Source: Chrysomallon squamiferum (Eukaryota; Animalia; Mollusca). Taken from it: a stretch of 64,000 nt of DNA. The position numbers and the translations under genes were made by a program. Positions within the stretch are counted from its first letter, which is position 1. Each line of letters starts with the position of its first letter. This document shows, piece after piece, positions 28,401-42,675 of the stretch. The DNA is taken from positions 11,594,001-11,658,000 of the forward strand of contig CM022671.1 in assembly GCA_012295275.1 (NCBI GenBank), written 5' to 3'. Below the pieces are notes generated by a model. It was not told the origin of the DNA. It made no database searches and worked only from the letters and a program-made list of their open reading frames with translations.

Positions 28401-31310
28401 TTAAAACAGAAAGCTGCAGTGTCACATGTTTTACCAGCACTGTTAATGTTTTAAACAAATATTTCTAAGGCATGTATTTTAATCAAATATATGTTTATTG
28501 CGGCAGAATATAAAAAAAATAATAATAACAAAATTATATAACTGCACAATTTAGGTTGTATTTGACTGTAAAGACAGTCAATCTGGTTTTCATATGAAGA
28601 TAACAGCATTATTCATTTGAATTAGAAATTTGTTAACTGTATGTTATATGTAACTAAAACATTCCTGGGTCTGTTAGTTGGATTGTGTGAGAAATTCAGT
28701 TATATCCCACAACAAGATGTTGAGGGATATTTTCAGTTTGTTGATGTCAGAAATAGTTGGACATTCTAATCTGTTAAACTGTAAAATCAGGATCCTATTC
28801 CACAAAAATTAACTTTTTCTTTTAATGAAACAAAGATTTATTTTTAAGTTTCTAGAATTTGTTTTAAAGAAATAGAAGAAATAAAGAAAGCTTTTTCAGT
28901 CAATAAATATGTATCATTTAATTTGTCAGTCAAGATAGACATCAAATTTAAAAAACAAAATGTTTTTTTCACAAATATTATTTTTATTTAAATATGGTTA
29001 TTTATTACTAAAGCAATGATATTTTTAAAACATTTTGAATTGGAAAATTAAGAAATTATTTTCCTGGGAAAGGATTCTGATATTATTTGTTACATTTTTA
29101 GTTTGTGAAAGAGATGCTTTTGTTATTTTTAATTTCTAGATGTCCTTTTTTAAACTTCTTTCTACGTATAAGTGAAATACGTGTTAGAGAATGACAGTTT
29201 ATTTTCTTGCAGCAAGAAATTAAAAGTTAATGAAAATTTCGTAATTTCTAAAAAAATGAAGAACACAAACAAATACAAAGAATGATAAATTTCAGAAATG
29301 TTACCATTTTGGTGTGGAAATGTTTAAAATTTTTCAAACTGTCAATTCAGTTATTTTGATCTTTCTAGATAAAACATGACAAATTACAGACATTTAGTTT
29401 TTCGTTAACATGCAGTTTATCATAACAAACCCTTGTTTCATATTCATCAGCTCTTCTTGTGGTCACAATTCTCACCAGAGTTAACATCAGAGACAGACTG
29501 CAGATTCTAAGGCATACATGTAGCCATCTTGAACTGTCAAGACATTGTTTATAATAATAACATCCTAAATACATTTTGTATATTTTACAATTTTACTCAC
29601 CAGGTTTTTTTTATAGTAAAGTACTAAAAATAAGTTTGATATTTCACTAAATGATAATTTACTTTTTGGTGATTTCATTTCAACGTATAAAAATCCCACT
29701 GCACAGTAAATTATTGCAGAGTTGCTTTATCTCATTAAATTGGTAATTTTTATACACATTTTGATGTCATGATATTTCTAAAATAGCTTTTAAAATCAAC
29801 ATTAAAATAGAGAAAATCTGAAAAGAAAAACAAACAGGTTATCTATCTGGGAAGTATTTCCCTGTTTCAGTAAACTAACAAAGAAACTGATATATCAGTA
29901 TATAAAAATGCTCAGTTTCTAAATCTGGAATATGTTAGACATCTTGTCCTGTGTTTCTGAAGAGTGCCTTCGTGACTGTTGTTAACTTTGATGAGAAACA
30001 TGACCATGAGAAGAGCAGACGCCTTGTTGAGTTGATGTACATAATTAAATGTTACGTATAATCTGCTGATACCTGTGTGTTTCTGTTTTCTCATGCTTTG
30101 TGTAATCATTTCAACAATCTTGTATTGTACTGTTATCAGTAGATAGCCACTGCAACATAATACTACGCATCAAGAAATTATGCTGCTTTTTTTTTAATCA
30201 TCAAGTTTGTTTAGAAAATCAGGTGCTACTATAGACATATCTTGCATGGATAAATGTTATTTATGAATTTGTTACTCACATCTACTGAGACAAAAATCAG
30301 GAACAGAAGAGCAATTGGAGAAAATACTGCATAGAACTGATTTTTGTTTAGTAAATAGGTTTTGTAATATGGTAAAGATATTAAAATTAACATCGGAAAT
30401 AGCCTGAAGAGAGTTTTATCTAGTTATATTAATTTACTTGTGATAGATATAAAACAAATATATATATATATATATATATATAAAAAAAAAAAATAAATTC
30501 ATATTACTTCAGCAGTTAAAAAAAAAAAAAAAAACAAATAAAAAATAAAATAAAATAAATGTTATGCTATTTAGAATTGAAAAGTATTATAAAAAGTGAA
30601 TATCATATTTATTAGTAAATGTAAGTACTTTCCAGATACATAGTAGCTATGTTGTGGTGGCTGTTGTAGTATGCAGTAGTAGTTGTAGTCAGGCACCGTG
30701 GAGGTTGCCGCTGTGCTAGTGTGACACTGTTTTCTTTGCTAATTATTATAATGTTGGTTTGTGCTACAACTTTTCACATAAATCAAAATAAAATTAAACT
30801 GTGCTTTGAATACTGGTAGTTGTGTTTTCTTTTAATATCGGAAACCAGATGGATATGGAACAAAACTCGCTTTATTTTGTCAACAGTGCAAGAGTTACTG
30901 GCACTGAAGGAAGGGAGGTAACTGCACTCTGGAATGGATCGTCGGCTGACTGTGAGTTTGTACTGCAAGTTTGTTTGGAAGGGCAAATGGTTCGTGTGCT
31001 AGTTATGTTAACTGATAAATCTGCGTTCAGAGTTTGTAGAAAGAATCATCAGAATAAAACTGAAATAACTTTCACTGCTGAGAGAAAAAGAGATCAAACA
31101 GTGACCGGGGAAAAAATAAAAGGAAATTATTTTAAAGGAAGAAATCTATTGTATGGGAGATAACTCTGTTCGTTTTAAATAGTTGTAATTGAAGAACTGC
31201 ACTGATTCTAAATTTTAAAAGGTCAATAAGTTTATATTTACAAATTTTTTAAAGTTTAATATTATTATTATTAAATTTTAAAAATTATTATTATTATTAT
31301 TATTATTTAC

Positions 31311-31620
31311 CCTTGGGATTAATAATTATAGTCGTAAGTCTGTCCCTATATATAAGGATTATTTTTGATCGCACCAAAAGAAAAATGTTATTATTAGTTA
31401 CGTGAAATATATTTTGTATAAAAAATTACTTTCAGTTAAACTATGCACCATATATTGCTGATACGGTGCAACATTAATTAATTTCAAGAACGTGAAAAAT
31501 AACAATGATGTTTTGTTATTATACAGTGTATTTGTATTTGTATTGAGTTATTTATGTTGCTAATTAGTTTTCACACAGCTAATAATTAATTAAACCAGTT
31601 TATTGATGTTGAAACAAGTT
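31311..31620 (+). repeat. Dispersed repeat family, copy 1
   Basis: Closely similar to 49285-49566 (e.g. CCTTGGGATTAATAATTATAGTCGTAA...GATCGCACCAAAAG...CACACAGCTAATAATTAAT) and, inverted, to 58097-58272. Confidence 0.9.
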
Positions 31621-32176
31621 AGACACGAATATATACATATACTCACAGTAATTTTTAAAGCAAGTCTTACGTTCAATTCAATAATCAATTTATAAATCAA
31701 GTCTCCAAACTCGATCTGTTCATTGTTTAATTACAGAACTCACATCTCCAGGCAGCGAGTTAATCAAAGAATCCGATAATTATGTGAATAAACAAACAGG
31801 CTTCCTCCTGAGATAATAAAACAGAGCGAAATCAGAACACGCGAGCGATTTCCAAGTGCTGCCAAGTAAACAGTGTATTCTGAACGTTCATAAATAAATT
31901 AACGTTTTCGTAAGGGCTAAGAGAGTTTAAGTACTTATCACGTACGCCAGACAGTCATTACATTTTTAAAAACTAATTAAACTGCAGATCTTGTCTACAT
32001 ATGTAGTATTTCTGTGATTCACGAAGAAAAACTAAAAACAAAACAAAACAAAACCAGATAAGCACAGTAAGAATTAGGCATTTAGTTACGTCTGAAATCA
32101 TGGTTCTAACCTTATTAAGCTGGGGGCTTTAGTTAAGAGGGATTTCAGAAATTACAGTTTGAAGCTATTAATTTTT

Positions 32177-32181
<5 letters not shown>

Positions 32182-32243
<62 letters not shown>

Positions 32244-32341
32244 ATAGTAGCATAGTAGTAGTAGTAGTAGTATTAGTACTGTACTAGTAGCATAGTAGTA
32301 TTAGTATTAGCAGTAGTAATGGTAGTATTAGTAGTAGTAGC
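32182..32341. repeat. (AG)n followed by degenerate (TAG)n
   Basis: Directly visible. Confidence 0.95.
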
Positions 32342-32721
32342 GGTAGTTGCATTGTTATGGTTATGCAGGCTCACTGAAAGTGGCTTGATGTATATCAAAC
32401 AGTTCCTAGTGATGAAAACAACATCAGGAAGTTGGTATTTACGACTATTTTCAGTCCCCGTTTTTTTGTTAAGGTATCGTAAGTCCTACTTGTTGCCGTT
32501 CTCGATTATAGGTAGCAATGCTGACAGAGTCACATCTTTGACAATGCATAAGCTAAAACAGTGAGCTGCACGGTGGAAATATCTGGCTTTTTGCTTCAGT
32601 TAAAAACATTCTTGTACAGCTTATAATTTCTCAACCATGTTTCATTTCCTCATCATAAGTTTGCCGTCGAATATCATCAGCTGCCAAACCACAGTGCTGA
32701 AGGCAGAGAAGGATCTTTGTG

Positions 32722-32776
32722 GTGACGTCTACACATGTGACTTCTACCGATGTGACGTCTACACATGTGACGTCTT
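32722..32776. repeat. 15-bp minisatellite (GTGACGTCTACACAT, ~3.7 copies)
   Basis: Units start at 32722, 32737, 32752 and 32767. Confidence 0.85.
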
Positions 32777-33061
32777 CTTAAGGAAACGACGATTACAAAC
32801 TTCTGAGTAGAGTCGGATGAGTCCACAAAACACAATACAAGAGCAAGCTGTTCACACTAGGATAATTCTGCTTCTTCATCAGCTAATATGGAGAAATGAT
32901 TTGTCTATTTCACTTCGGTAAGAAACCTTCCCCTGATGTTGTCAGCAATGTTGTGTATGAAAAGGGGACGAGAGGGTACAAACATGTGGACACCAGCTTT
33001 CTTCTTCTTCTTTCATTTTATCTTCTTCGTTTTCTTAAAATTATTATTATTATTATTATCA

Positions 33062-33102
<41 letters not shown>

Positions 33103-34592
33103 TATATTTTTTTTTTGCTTTTTTATTTTGAGGACAGGTAGGGTTTCCGTTCAATTGATAACCCCCCATAATCCGCCCCTGTTATAACAGTAGTAGTATA
33201 GTAGTAGTAGTAGTTGTAAAGTAGTAGTAGCAGTAGTAGTAGCAGTATATATATATATATATTTAGATATATATTGTAGTCATTCTTCTTGTTTATGTTT
33301 TTGTTATTGTTATCATCATCATCATCATTTTCTTATGATTATTCTCTTAAAAGCTGCAACTTCGTCATTTTATTCTGAGATTAATACAAAATACACCTGT
33401 ACGTATACTCATACCCAAAAACAAACATACACCCACACCCACACACACCCGGACTCAAACACACAAACAAACACAAACAGACGTACCATTATACTTAACT
33501 ATTTTATACATATTATATGCTGCCCCACGGTAGCTTATTTTAATGTAAGACTTTCTAGTATTTGCCACAGGGGGGAGCTATCAACACTCACCAGGTGACT
33601 CACTACCGCTGCACTTTAGATACACAGAATATTAGTTTATTTAAATTTAGTATGGAATAATATTTTAAGATTACTTGTGAGGAATGATCCCTACCAAAAA
33701 GTATACGGCATAGTGAAATGCTTGTGAAATATTTATTTATTTATTTATTTATTTATTACCTAAACTTATTTCCTGTGTCGCTTACTACGAATAAATTCAG
33801 AAGCGTCAAACTAAATAAAAAAGTACTAAAATAATTAGGATTCAGATTTAAACGGTTCATCAAAATAAAAATAATTTGGAAAATATTTAAATGAAATAAT
33901 ATACGCCAAATTTCTGCACAAAACAAAATCCTTGAAAATATCGTAAAACTACTTTTCAGCAGAGTTTTGGTTACGGCAGAATCATTCATCACTCATCCTT
34001 TCACGAAACACTCAATAAACACATATTAGATTTTATTAATAATAATAAACAACAACAACAACAGCAACAAAGCAACAACAACAACAACAGCAACAACAAA
34101 AACACCAGAATAAATGTCATAGTGATAAATAAGAAATATTATACATTAAGTATTATATATATATATAAATAATAATACAAAAATAAAATAAAAGAATTTT
34201 AAAAATAAATCAAACCAGCACAAATTTCAGATGTTCGTTTATGGTTTTCTTATTGACGGTGATACCGTACGCTGTATATTTAAACTTGATATCATAGTTA
34301 TTTACCAGTCACGATTTATCACTTACAGAACGGCTGTTTAAATTGTCCAACATCACACCAGACTGTGTTAATAACAGATTCTGTCTTCCTGCTAGTGTGT
34401 GTGTGGTCAACACAATGTCCGTATTTTTAGTATCACTGTATAAAATGTCTGGTCAGTTCGACAGAGAGAGAGAGGCTGTAGGAATGAAGATAGACAGACA
34501 GACAGATAGCTAGATAACTAGATAGTTAAACAGAGACATTAAAAAGAAAGATAAAGACGGACCCTTACAGACAGACGGAGAGACGGAGAGAA

Positions 34593-34687
34593 ACGTTCAG
34601 ACAGGAGGGAGACGTTCAGACAGGAGAGAGACGTTCACACAGGAGGGAGACGTTCAGACAGGAGGGAGACGTTCAGACAGGAAAGAG
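34593..34687. repeat. 19-bp minisatellite (ACGTTCAGACAGGAGGGAG x5)
   Basis: Five consecutive units with single-base variants. Confidence 0.9.
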
Positions 34688-37678
34688 AAACTGAGAGAAA
34701 CAGACAGAGAGAGAAATACACTTTTTCGCAAATTAGTCATTTGTAAATTAATGATTTTACTCAGCACTAAATCTGTAGCTGTCAGGGCAGGGTTTGATTA
34801 ACGTCAGTGGGGGATTATGCTTTATTTACTTAAAGAAGGTACTCTAAAGTGATCTTCTGTTTGGGAATTAAAAGGCTGATTAATAACAGTAATTATCCTG
34901 ATTTCAGTGATAACAAAATTCGAGGGTATCAGTTACATAGTTCCAAAGTTATGGTTTTAATATTTAATTTTTTGTACCGTTTTTCGCACAATCACGATTT
35001 TTAACAAATCTTAGTTTTTAAGGCTTACTTAGACTTCAGTGACAAAGCTTATTTCATGCATCTGCAAAGTACTTAAATTTTACATTGATGTGTGAGGCCA
35101 AACTCTCTGAAAATCATTCATTTACTTTCAAAATTTATTCTGAAATGGAACAAAAGTTGAATAAGATTTTAAAAGATAGTTTCGAAAGAGGTTTTCGAGA
35201 GGCTGTTTTATTTGTATGAGTGTACTTTATAAAGCGAATGTCAAACCAAGAATTAAGACTGAACAAGGACATTTGTACTGAATGACTTACTATGTTGTTA
35301 TTTATTATTAATGTATTATTTATTTTGAACCAAGTTTGAAACAGAAACAAGCTTAATTATTTTCCAAGATACATTAATTAACCTCACTTATTCCACCATC
35401 AGTTAAAGTATTTGTAAGCAGAATGTAAACACAAAAGGGTCCAATATCATTTCAGCCCAGAGTTAATCACTTAAACCATAATTCATGCGCTAAATCAACA
35501 CCTTATTGAAAGAATGATCATTTTGTTCATCAACAAAAGCATTCGAAGAGAATTGTGAAGAAAATTGTGAAGAGAATTGTGGAGGTTCTGGTTGAGAAGA
35601 GTTGACATGATCTGTCGACTTGAGCTCAGCCAGCTTCGGCCGCCGAGAATTACCGGGACAACAAGCGCTGATGACGTCTTTCACTGGCAGGGAGGTTGGT
35701 GTGTAAATCATTCTAGCTTCAGTTCCACTGTCTTTTAAGACTAAAATACTGCTCTTTCCAACGATATATTTCTAAAAGGGGTCTTTTGCTCAGATAAGGT
35801 CAAGAGAATTTATTTAACTTTTTCATCAAAAATTTCGACCACTTTCTGGAAGCTAAAGTATTTATACTGGATATACAAATAAAGCTGCGAGACAGAAGTT
35901 CTGTATGGTCGAGGTAACATTCACGCAGTAAACAGAAAAATAAGACTTCAACTTTTCCATTCATTCAGTTTTTACTGAGACAGAACTTGAAATAGTGTAT
36001 AAATAAAGCTGTCAAAAAGACACCTTAGAGTACCTGCTACTTATCATTGTTAGTCTTATCAGTTCGGTTGACAGTGGAAAAGAAACTTCTAATTTGCTTT
36101 AATAATTTGGCTTGTAACGTCCTTGATAATTTTACCTTGATCGAGGCGCCCTCTGTATTTCTTCGGTCTTTCGTAAGAAAATAAAACAGTCATGTTTGCA
36201 GTTACCATGTAGATCAAGGTAGGTAGGCAAGCTCTTTTCTCAGACATTGTGCATGAAACAGGGTACACACACGTGAACATGAGTTTTATTTATTTTATTT
36301 TTATTATCATTTTTTTAGCCAGCTGGTTTCCATAATCCGCCCCTGTCAATCATATTCAAATCAAGCTCTAACATTTGCACGTAAAAACAATATAAACAAA
36401 ACTGATAAGCTGTTTGATATTAAGTTTTTGTTTTTAACTTAATATTTGTAAGTAAAAACGAAAATACAAAACATTACGATATACTCATATTATAATGGTG
36501 TATTTTAGATCTTGTTTATTATGACGATTTCTGTGAATGTTATTACTCCAGTTTTGTATTCCATTCCAGAACATGCTAATTAGATATAGTAACATGCTGA
36601 AAACAAAACAACAACTACAAATAAAAGTGTTTCTAATGGACTGCTCAACTCACCTCTCTCGCCGTTTGCGCAAGTAATACTGCAAAATCAGTTAATAGCC
36701 ACTATAAATATGCATCGTTCCCCATTCGCATTTCCCTAATGAATGAATGAATGAAGGAATGAAGGAATAAATAAAAACTAATAAATCAATAGACAAAATC
36801 AATGTCGAGTCAGAAAGATAAGAAATGACAAGTGCACGTGCATCAAATGTTTTCTCTTAGGATGTTTGGTCACTGAAAGCGTGTCGCAGATTCTAAATTA
36901 TTTTACGCTGGGAAATATCGTGATAACTGTATGGCATGTGGTTTATATGAATATTATATAGATTATATCATAACTGAGTATTTTGGACTATGCTGCAGTT
37001 AAACAGCGGTGTATCTATACAGTAAGTGGCAACCTGTTTTGTCTTTCGTTAATGGCTATAACAGAATTCCACTGGCAGAGCGAGGGTGTTTCCCTCTGTG
37101 ACGTAACAGTCACGTGGACTGTCACTTGTCGTGATCAGCGTACACGTTTCCCTTCACATTTTTATATTTACCACTTCAACGTGCAGCTGGTAATGCCTGT
37201 TAACATAAATATTATAATTTCCAACTCAAGTGCATCCTTGTTTCGATATTTTTATATTGCAAATTTAATTTTCGTCCTTTGTTTTCTAATCAGTTTTACT
37301 TAAAAAAAAAACAGTTAAAAAAAATACCGTCCTCTAAATCTAATCTGTTGGTTGATGTAGAGTCCGAGCTTAATCTGAATTTAATCACTAGTTATTTTCT
37401 TTATGACAGAGAAATCTATAATATACCTGAAGGGAATACAATACAGTATCAAAAGACAATTAGGAATGTTTTTGTAGTTCATTAAAATATGTTTGTATCT
37501 CATTATTATGTGCGTGTACATGACTTCAAAATGTTATTGCTGTTGGCTAAAAATTATTATACTTAAAATCAGAATCCTTTTTAAGAAAGTTTCACTCTCT
37601 TTCCCCCTCTTTCTCATTCCTTCCCTGTCCCCTTCAGTCCTTCCTCCCTCTCTCTCTGCCTACTTGATTGTCTCTCTT

Positions 37679-37681
<3 letters not shown>

Positions 37682-37729
<48 letters not shown>

Positions 37730-37752
37730 ACACACACACTCACACTCACACA

Positions 37753-37791
<39 letters not shown>

Positions 37792-37806
37792 ACACACACT
37801 CACACT

Positions 37807-37839
<33 letters not shown>

Positions 37840-37893
37840 TCATACACTCACACAGACACACACAGACAGACAGACAGACAGAGACACACACAC
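37682..37893. repeat. Interrupted (CA)n / (CAGA)n microsatellite
   Basis: Directly visible. Confidence 0.95.
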
Positions 37894-38113
37894 AATTTCT
37901 GTCTCTCAGAAATACTTATATCATACAGAACTGTAATAATTAACTTAGTAGGAGGATAGGATTTTTTATAATAATATTAACAGATACCAGCAGAAAGAAA
38001 AAACAACAAACAAACATCAACACAAAAACAAATAGATATAAGTACTGAGAGGCAGAAAAGGATGTCTAATTCAGGTGGTTGCTTATTAACTTTCAGATTT
38101 TGGGGGTGGGGGC

Positions 38114-38350
38114 GGTCAAGCTGTAACTCTCAGTCTAAGAGTGTCAAAGACGTAGCAGGTTCAAACCTCCCCACTGAGTTTGTGAGACTGTTCCGGTTCT
38201 CGTCGTTATCTTTTCAAGGGTTGATAAAAACTCGTGGACTGTCTCCGATAAGGAAAAATATCCTTTGCTATGATCCTATGATTTTTCTCTTTCAAAATTT
38301 ACCTAAAATGTAAGGCCAAGGGTAATTATTAAAGTGTGTTAAGGTGCTAT
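38114..38350 (+). mobile_element. Possible decayed tRNA-derived SINE
   Basis: Pol III B-box-like GGTTCAAACC at 38158-38167 in a GC-richer patch; A-box not clear and boundaries approximate. Confidence 0.3.
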
Positions 38351-40673
38351 AAAACATGCATTTACTCATTCTAATAATCTTTAAAAGCCTTAATTAAGTT
38401 AACATTTCAGAACAGTTAGGTTACTAACAGACACAGGTTGATGTTCGTCATACATTTTATAAAAAGAAGGAAAGAAAAAAAAATCAGCCAGCTATAGGTG
38501 TGTAATTTGGCCGCGTCAACCTTTCTAAGTATCAATGGTTGGTGATTTTTCTGTATTTAAAACCAGTGAATTATTTATTTCGTTAATCTCCCACAATTGA
38601 ATGACTTCGATTTTCTAACGATAAAAAAAAAGAAAAAAAAAAGCTTCCGTAAACCGTCTCCTCCCAACAATTCCTTCTCTGTCTAATGAGATTTAAGTTA
38701 AACAGGACGAGCGGCTCGTTTTTACACATTCACCCTAACAGACTGGTAGAAACAGGAAACTGAAACCAACAGCGATGTGAGGCAGTTATTGTGTTATTGT
38801 ATTTATTTCATACTTCAGCAACAGCAGATTGTTATTTTAAAACTTAAAAATAATGAGTTAAAAGATACACGTTATAAAAATAATTTTCTTCTTTTTAAAC
38901 CAAAATGTATTTGTTTATTTGTTATACAGATATCTAAACAGGCCATTTCAGATAATTCTCAAGGGGGGGGGGGCGTCACATTTGTTTACGACTTTTCCCC
39001 ATGATCTAGATGAAGATGACCCACATACATACGTATAAACGGTGAAACACCCCCGCACGACCTAACTGACATAAATGTATGGTATTTCGTATATCAGATA
39101 TGATTCTTGTCTGCAGCATTCACAAAAATTACCTAAAAAAGGTTGGAATACGATCATGTATAAAATGATCACAAACAGACCATAAACTGACATAAATGCA
39201 AACCTTTAGTAAAGATATTTCTGAGTATTTTAGAGAGTAAATAATACTACATATACAAATTTCATTAAACAATTCGTAACGCATTTGTTTTATATAATCT
39301 TTCATGTATGTTGTATTTATTATACATTTCATCTGATGATGTATTAAAACACATGTACCTATATTCGCGGTTGTTACATCCGATCACACGCAATCCAGTC
39401 GAATGAGTCACAGCCTGCGACACGAGACTAGATACATCTTTTTTCTGAACTTCTTTCCTGGAATCACTGTGACAGAAAAATTATTTGTATGATTAAAAAT
39501 ACAAAACTTAATTCGTCTAAAATGATACTCTACTGAATTCCTTAGGCACTGTAATTTCCACAGTGAACTGTTTTGAATAGCAGCAACAAATAAAATGACG
39601 AGTGTGTCATTCTCTAGAGAGGACAAAGCGATGAATAAAATACAGCTTTCAGACAAACCTCTCACTGCCTAGAAAACCAAATTAAAACGAACTTGAAACT
39701 GATCGTCTTTTTTCTTAATATTTATATAAAATATTTGTCTTCTTCGAAACAAAATAAATAATTAAATAAATAGATATCTCAAGAAAGAAAGAAAATAAAA
39801 AGATTGGAAAAGAATAAAGTATATTACAAAGATAATCATAAACTTTTATTTTATTTAAAATGAAGCTTTAATGTTATATAATAATTATTAACTGTTCTGG
39901 TTGAAGATAAGTGTTTATAATTTCAACTTGTGTTGTAGACGTTACTACTTTATAATGATAATCGACTGGTTTAACAAAATTACTGAAATGAGAGGTGGTG
40001 TGAAAGGCTAACAGTTTATCGTAACTGTAAAACATTAAGAATTGAATTCGTGTACTCATCTTTTCCCTGGTGTATGTCTGACCCAGCATGTTGCTGGATA
40101 TTAGAAAGGAAGAGAAAACAAAGAAAGACAGCTTGTAAAATTTTGTATTAAAGTCATTCTCTATCTGCTATGATATGAATCACTCTTTTTGACATCTCCC
40201 TGTCTCCTGTAGTAGGAAAGTGGGTATTCTGAACATCCTCACTTTAAATATCTCCCTGCTGTCATACAGAAAACAAAACGTCCTGCTTCAGGTTTAAAGG
40301 ATCAGTCGCTTTTACCACTAGGATTTGCCGGGAAAGAGGAAAATCAAAGAAGTAGTAAGTACAATTTCTGTAAATATATTTCTGTCATCCCACTAAAAAA
40401 CACCATTATATTTCATGCCATTGTGTGACTGTCTTTAACTCTTTCCTGTCTTATCCAACATGTTATTGTCGATTCTGCAAAGGAAAAGAAACAGAAGAAA
40501 GACAGTGTGTATGAATTTTATGTTAATATCTTTCTCTATCTGCCCTGACATGATTTACATTCCATGACGAACATCTTCTTATTTTTCTTTTTGAAAATTG
40601 CTACAAACGGTAAGAACGAAATCCAACATGTTTTAAAGAGTATCTGACATTATACTGCAGCATTACGAGCTGA

Positions 40674-40676
<3 letters not shown>

Positions 40677-40710
<34 letters not shown>

Positions 40711-40741
40711 ATTAGTGTGTGTGTGTGTGTGTGTGTGAGCT

Positions 40742-40821
<80 letters not shown>

Positions 40822-40860
40822 GGTGTGTGTGGGTGTGTGGGTGTGTGTGTGTGTGTGTGT
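40677..40860. repeat. Interrupted (GT)n microsatellite
   Basis: Directly visible. Confidence 0.95.
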
Positions 40861-42601
40861 CAGTGGCACGGAATCCCCGCCCCAGCTAGCAGAATAAAAT
40901 CGACGTCCAGACGCGCGTGTTTCATGTGAGTGATGTTCAGTTTGGTTTGCTCTGCTGTGGATATGGCGGCAAACATCGGCGAAAAGACCGCAACATTATT
41001 TCGGAATCCCCACTTAACTAAATCAAGATCCACCCCTGAGCATTTGCTAGGAATGAAGGAAAACAAACAGGGCAATACAGGCAATTTCTGTGATGTAAAA
41101 CACAAACTGTAATATTTTGAATGTCTGACTGTTTGCCATAATATTATAGTGTAAAACGTCTCGTGTATTTTTGTTGTCTTTTTTAAATATCTTCCAATGT
41201 CGAATTTTGTTTCTATTTTTTAATATTTTTGTTATAATGTTGAAGTCAGTATAATTATATTATCTGATTTTAATATACATCGTTGTCACGAAGTAGAAGA
41301 TAATAAATATTGTCTGAGTTTACCGTTTGGATTGCCATGACGTAGTTGGTAAAACGTATCATCTCATTTTAATATCTGTCTTAGAGCGTGTCAGATCACA
41401 GCCTTTCAACACCGTAATTTGAATTCATCTGAGGAAAGGAGTTTGACCGATGATGCAGAAACATAATTTAGGGATAATTTTCTTTCCTTTATTTTCAACA
41501 ACGAATACTTCCGCTTGCAGGACGCTAAAATTTACGCAGACAATAATGATTTTAGTTTGTACACCGCCATCACTGTTATCAGCTCGAGCGAAAAGAAAAT
41601 TGGTTTTCTTGCAAATCATTTGATACAAAACAAGAGTTCCCTGGTGTTAACAGGCAAGCGAGCCTTAAACTGCTGAGTTATTTTTTTTTTTTTTTTTTGA
41701 GCCTCTGTTGAAAGTAGAAAAATACCAATTAATGATTCTTGTATAATTTAATAAACAGTTGATGGATAATGAACCAATAAAACTAATTTAACAAAATAAT
41801 TAAATCTTAACAAACTTTTCTGCTGTAAATTGAAAATTGGTTGTTGCCATGAAATAAAGGTTTATGTAGATTCAGACTTGCATATAACTGCCATCATATA
41901 TTTTTGCATGGCGGGTATTTTTATTTTGGTATTCTGTTTATACTGTATTCTAAAAGAAGATAAAAGTTAGTTTTGTGAATTTTTTGTTATATTATTTATG
42001 TTATGTTGAATTCAGTCTTCTTTAGCTCTAAATAAAATATTATAGAATTATTTATATATTGCATGGAACAGACTAGTTTATAAATTCTTTAGTTATTGTT
42101 AATGTTTGTCAATAACATTAATTTTTTTTCGGGGGTGGGTTAATAGAACTTTCAAATCGTCTTTTGCGTACTTATTTCCGGTATTCTTCGGTACTCCTCG
42201 GTTATGACGTCATAGGTGCCACTCTTAAAAGGTTGCACAAAATGAGTGTCTAGCCATATCTCATTTTATGCGTGACAAAGCAAGCCACAATTAAATAAAT
42301 CTGGATAAAATATGAATCTTAATTCGGCATTGAAGAACTCATTAAAGATATCGAGCAGGGCATCGCCATGTGAAGGTATTTTCATTACTTTGGTGAAATT
42401 AATACACTGAAACCACCGGCTAAATCAATACTGTCGCAGAAACCCAACGTGGACATTAATTTCGTTAAGTCGTAGTTATTACAACTAGTTATTATGATTG
42501 CTGGCGATAGGAAATATACTTTAAAAATACTGTGTTCTATCACTGAAAATTGATGCTATTTTGTTTAGCTATTGTCTGGAAATGTCAAACATAACATTTT
42601 T

Positions 42602-42604
<3 letters not shown>

Positions 42605-42671
<67 letters not shown>
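42605..42671. repeat. (AG)n microsatellite
   Basis: Directly visible. Confidence 0.95.

Positions 42672-42675
<4 letters not shown>

Noticed and set aside
34593-34687. Short direct repeats considered as a CRISPR-like array
   Set aside because: Head-to-tail units without unique spacers, in a eukaryotic intron-containing locus.
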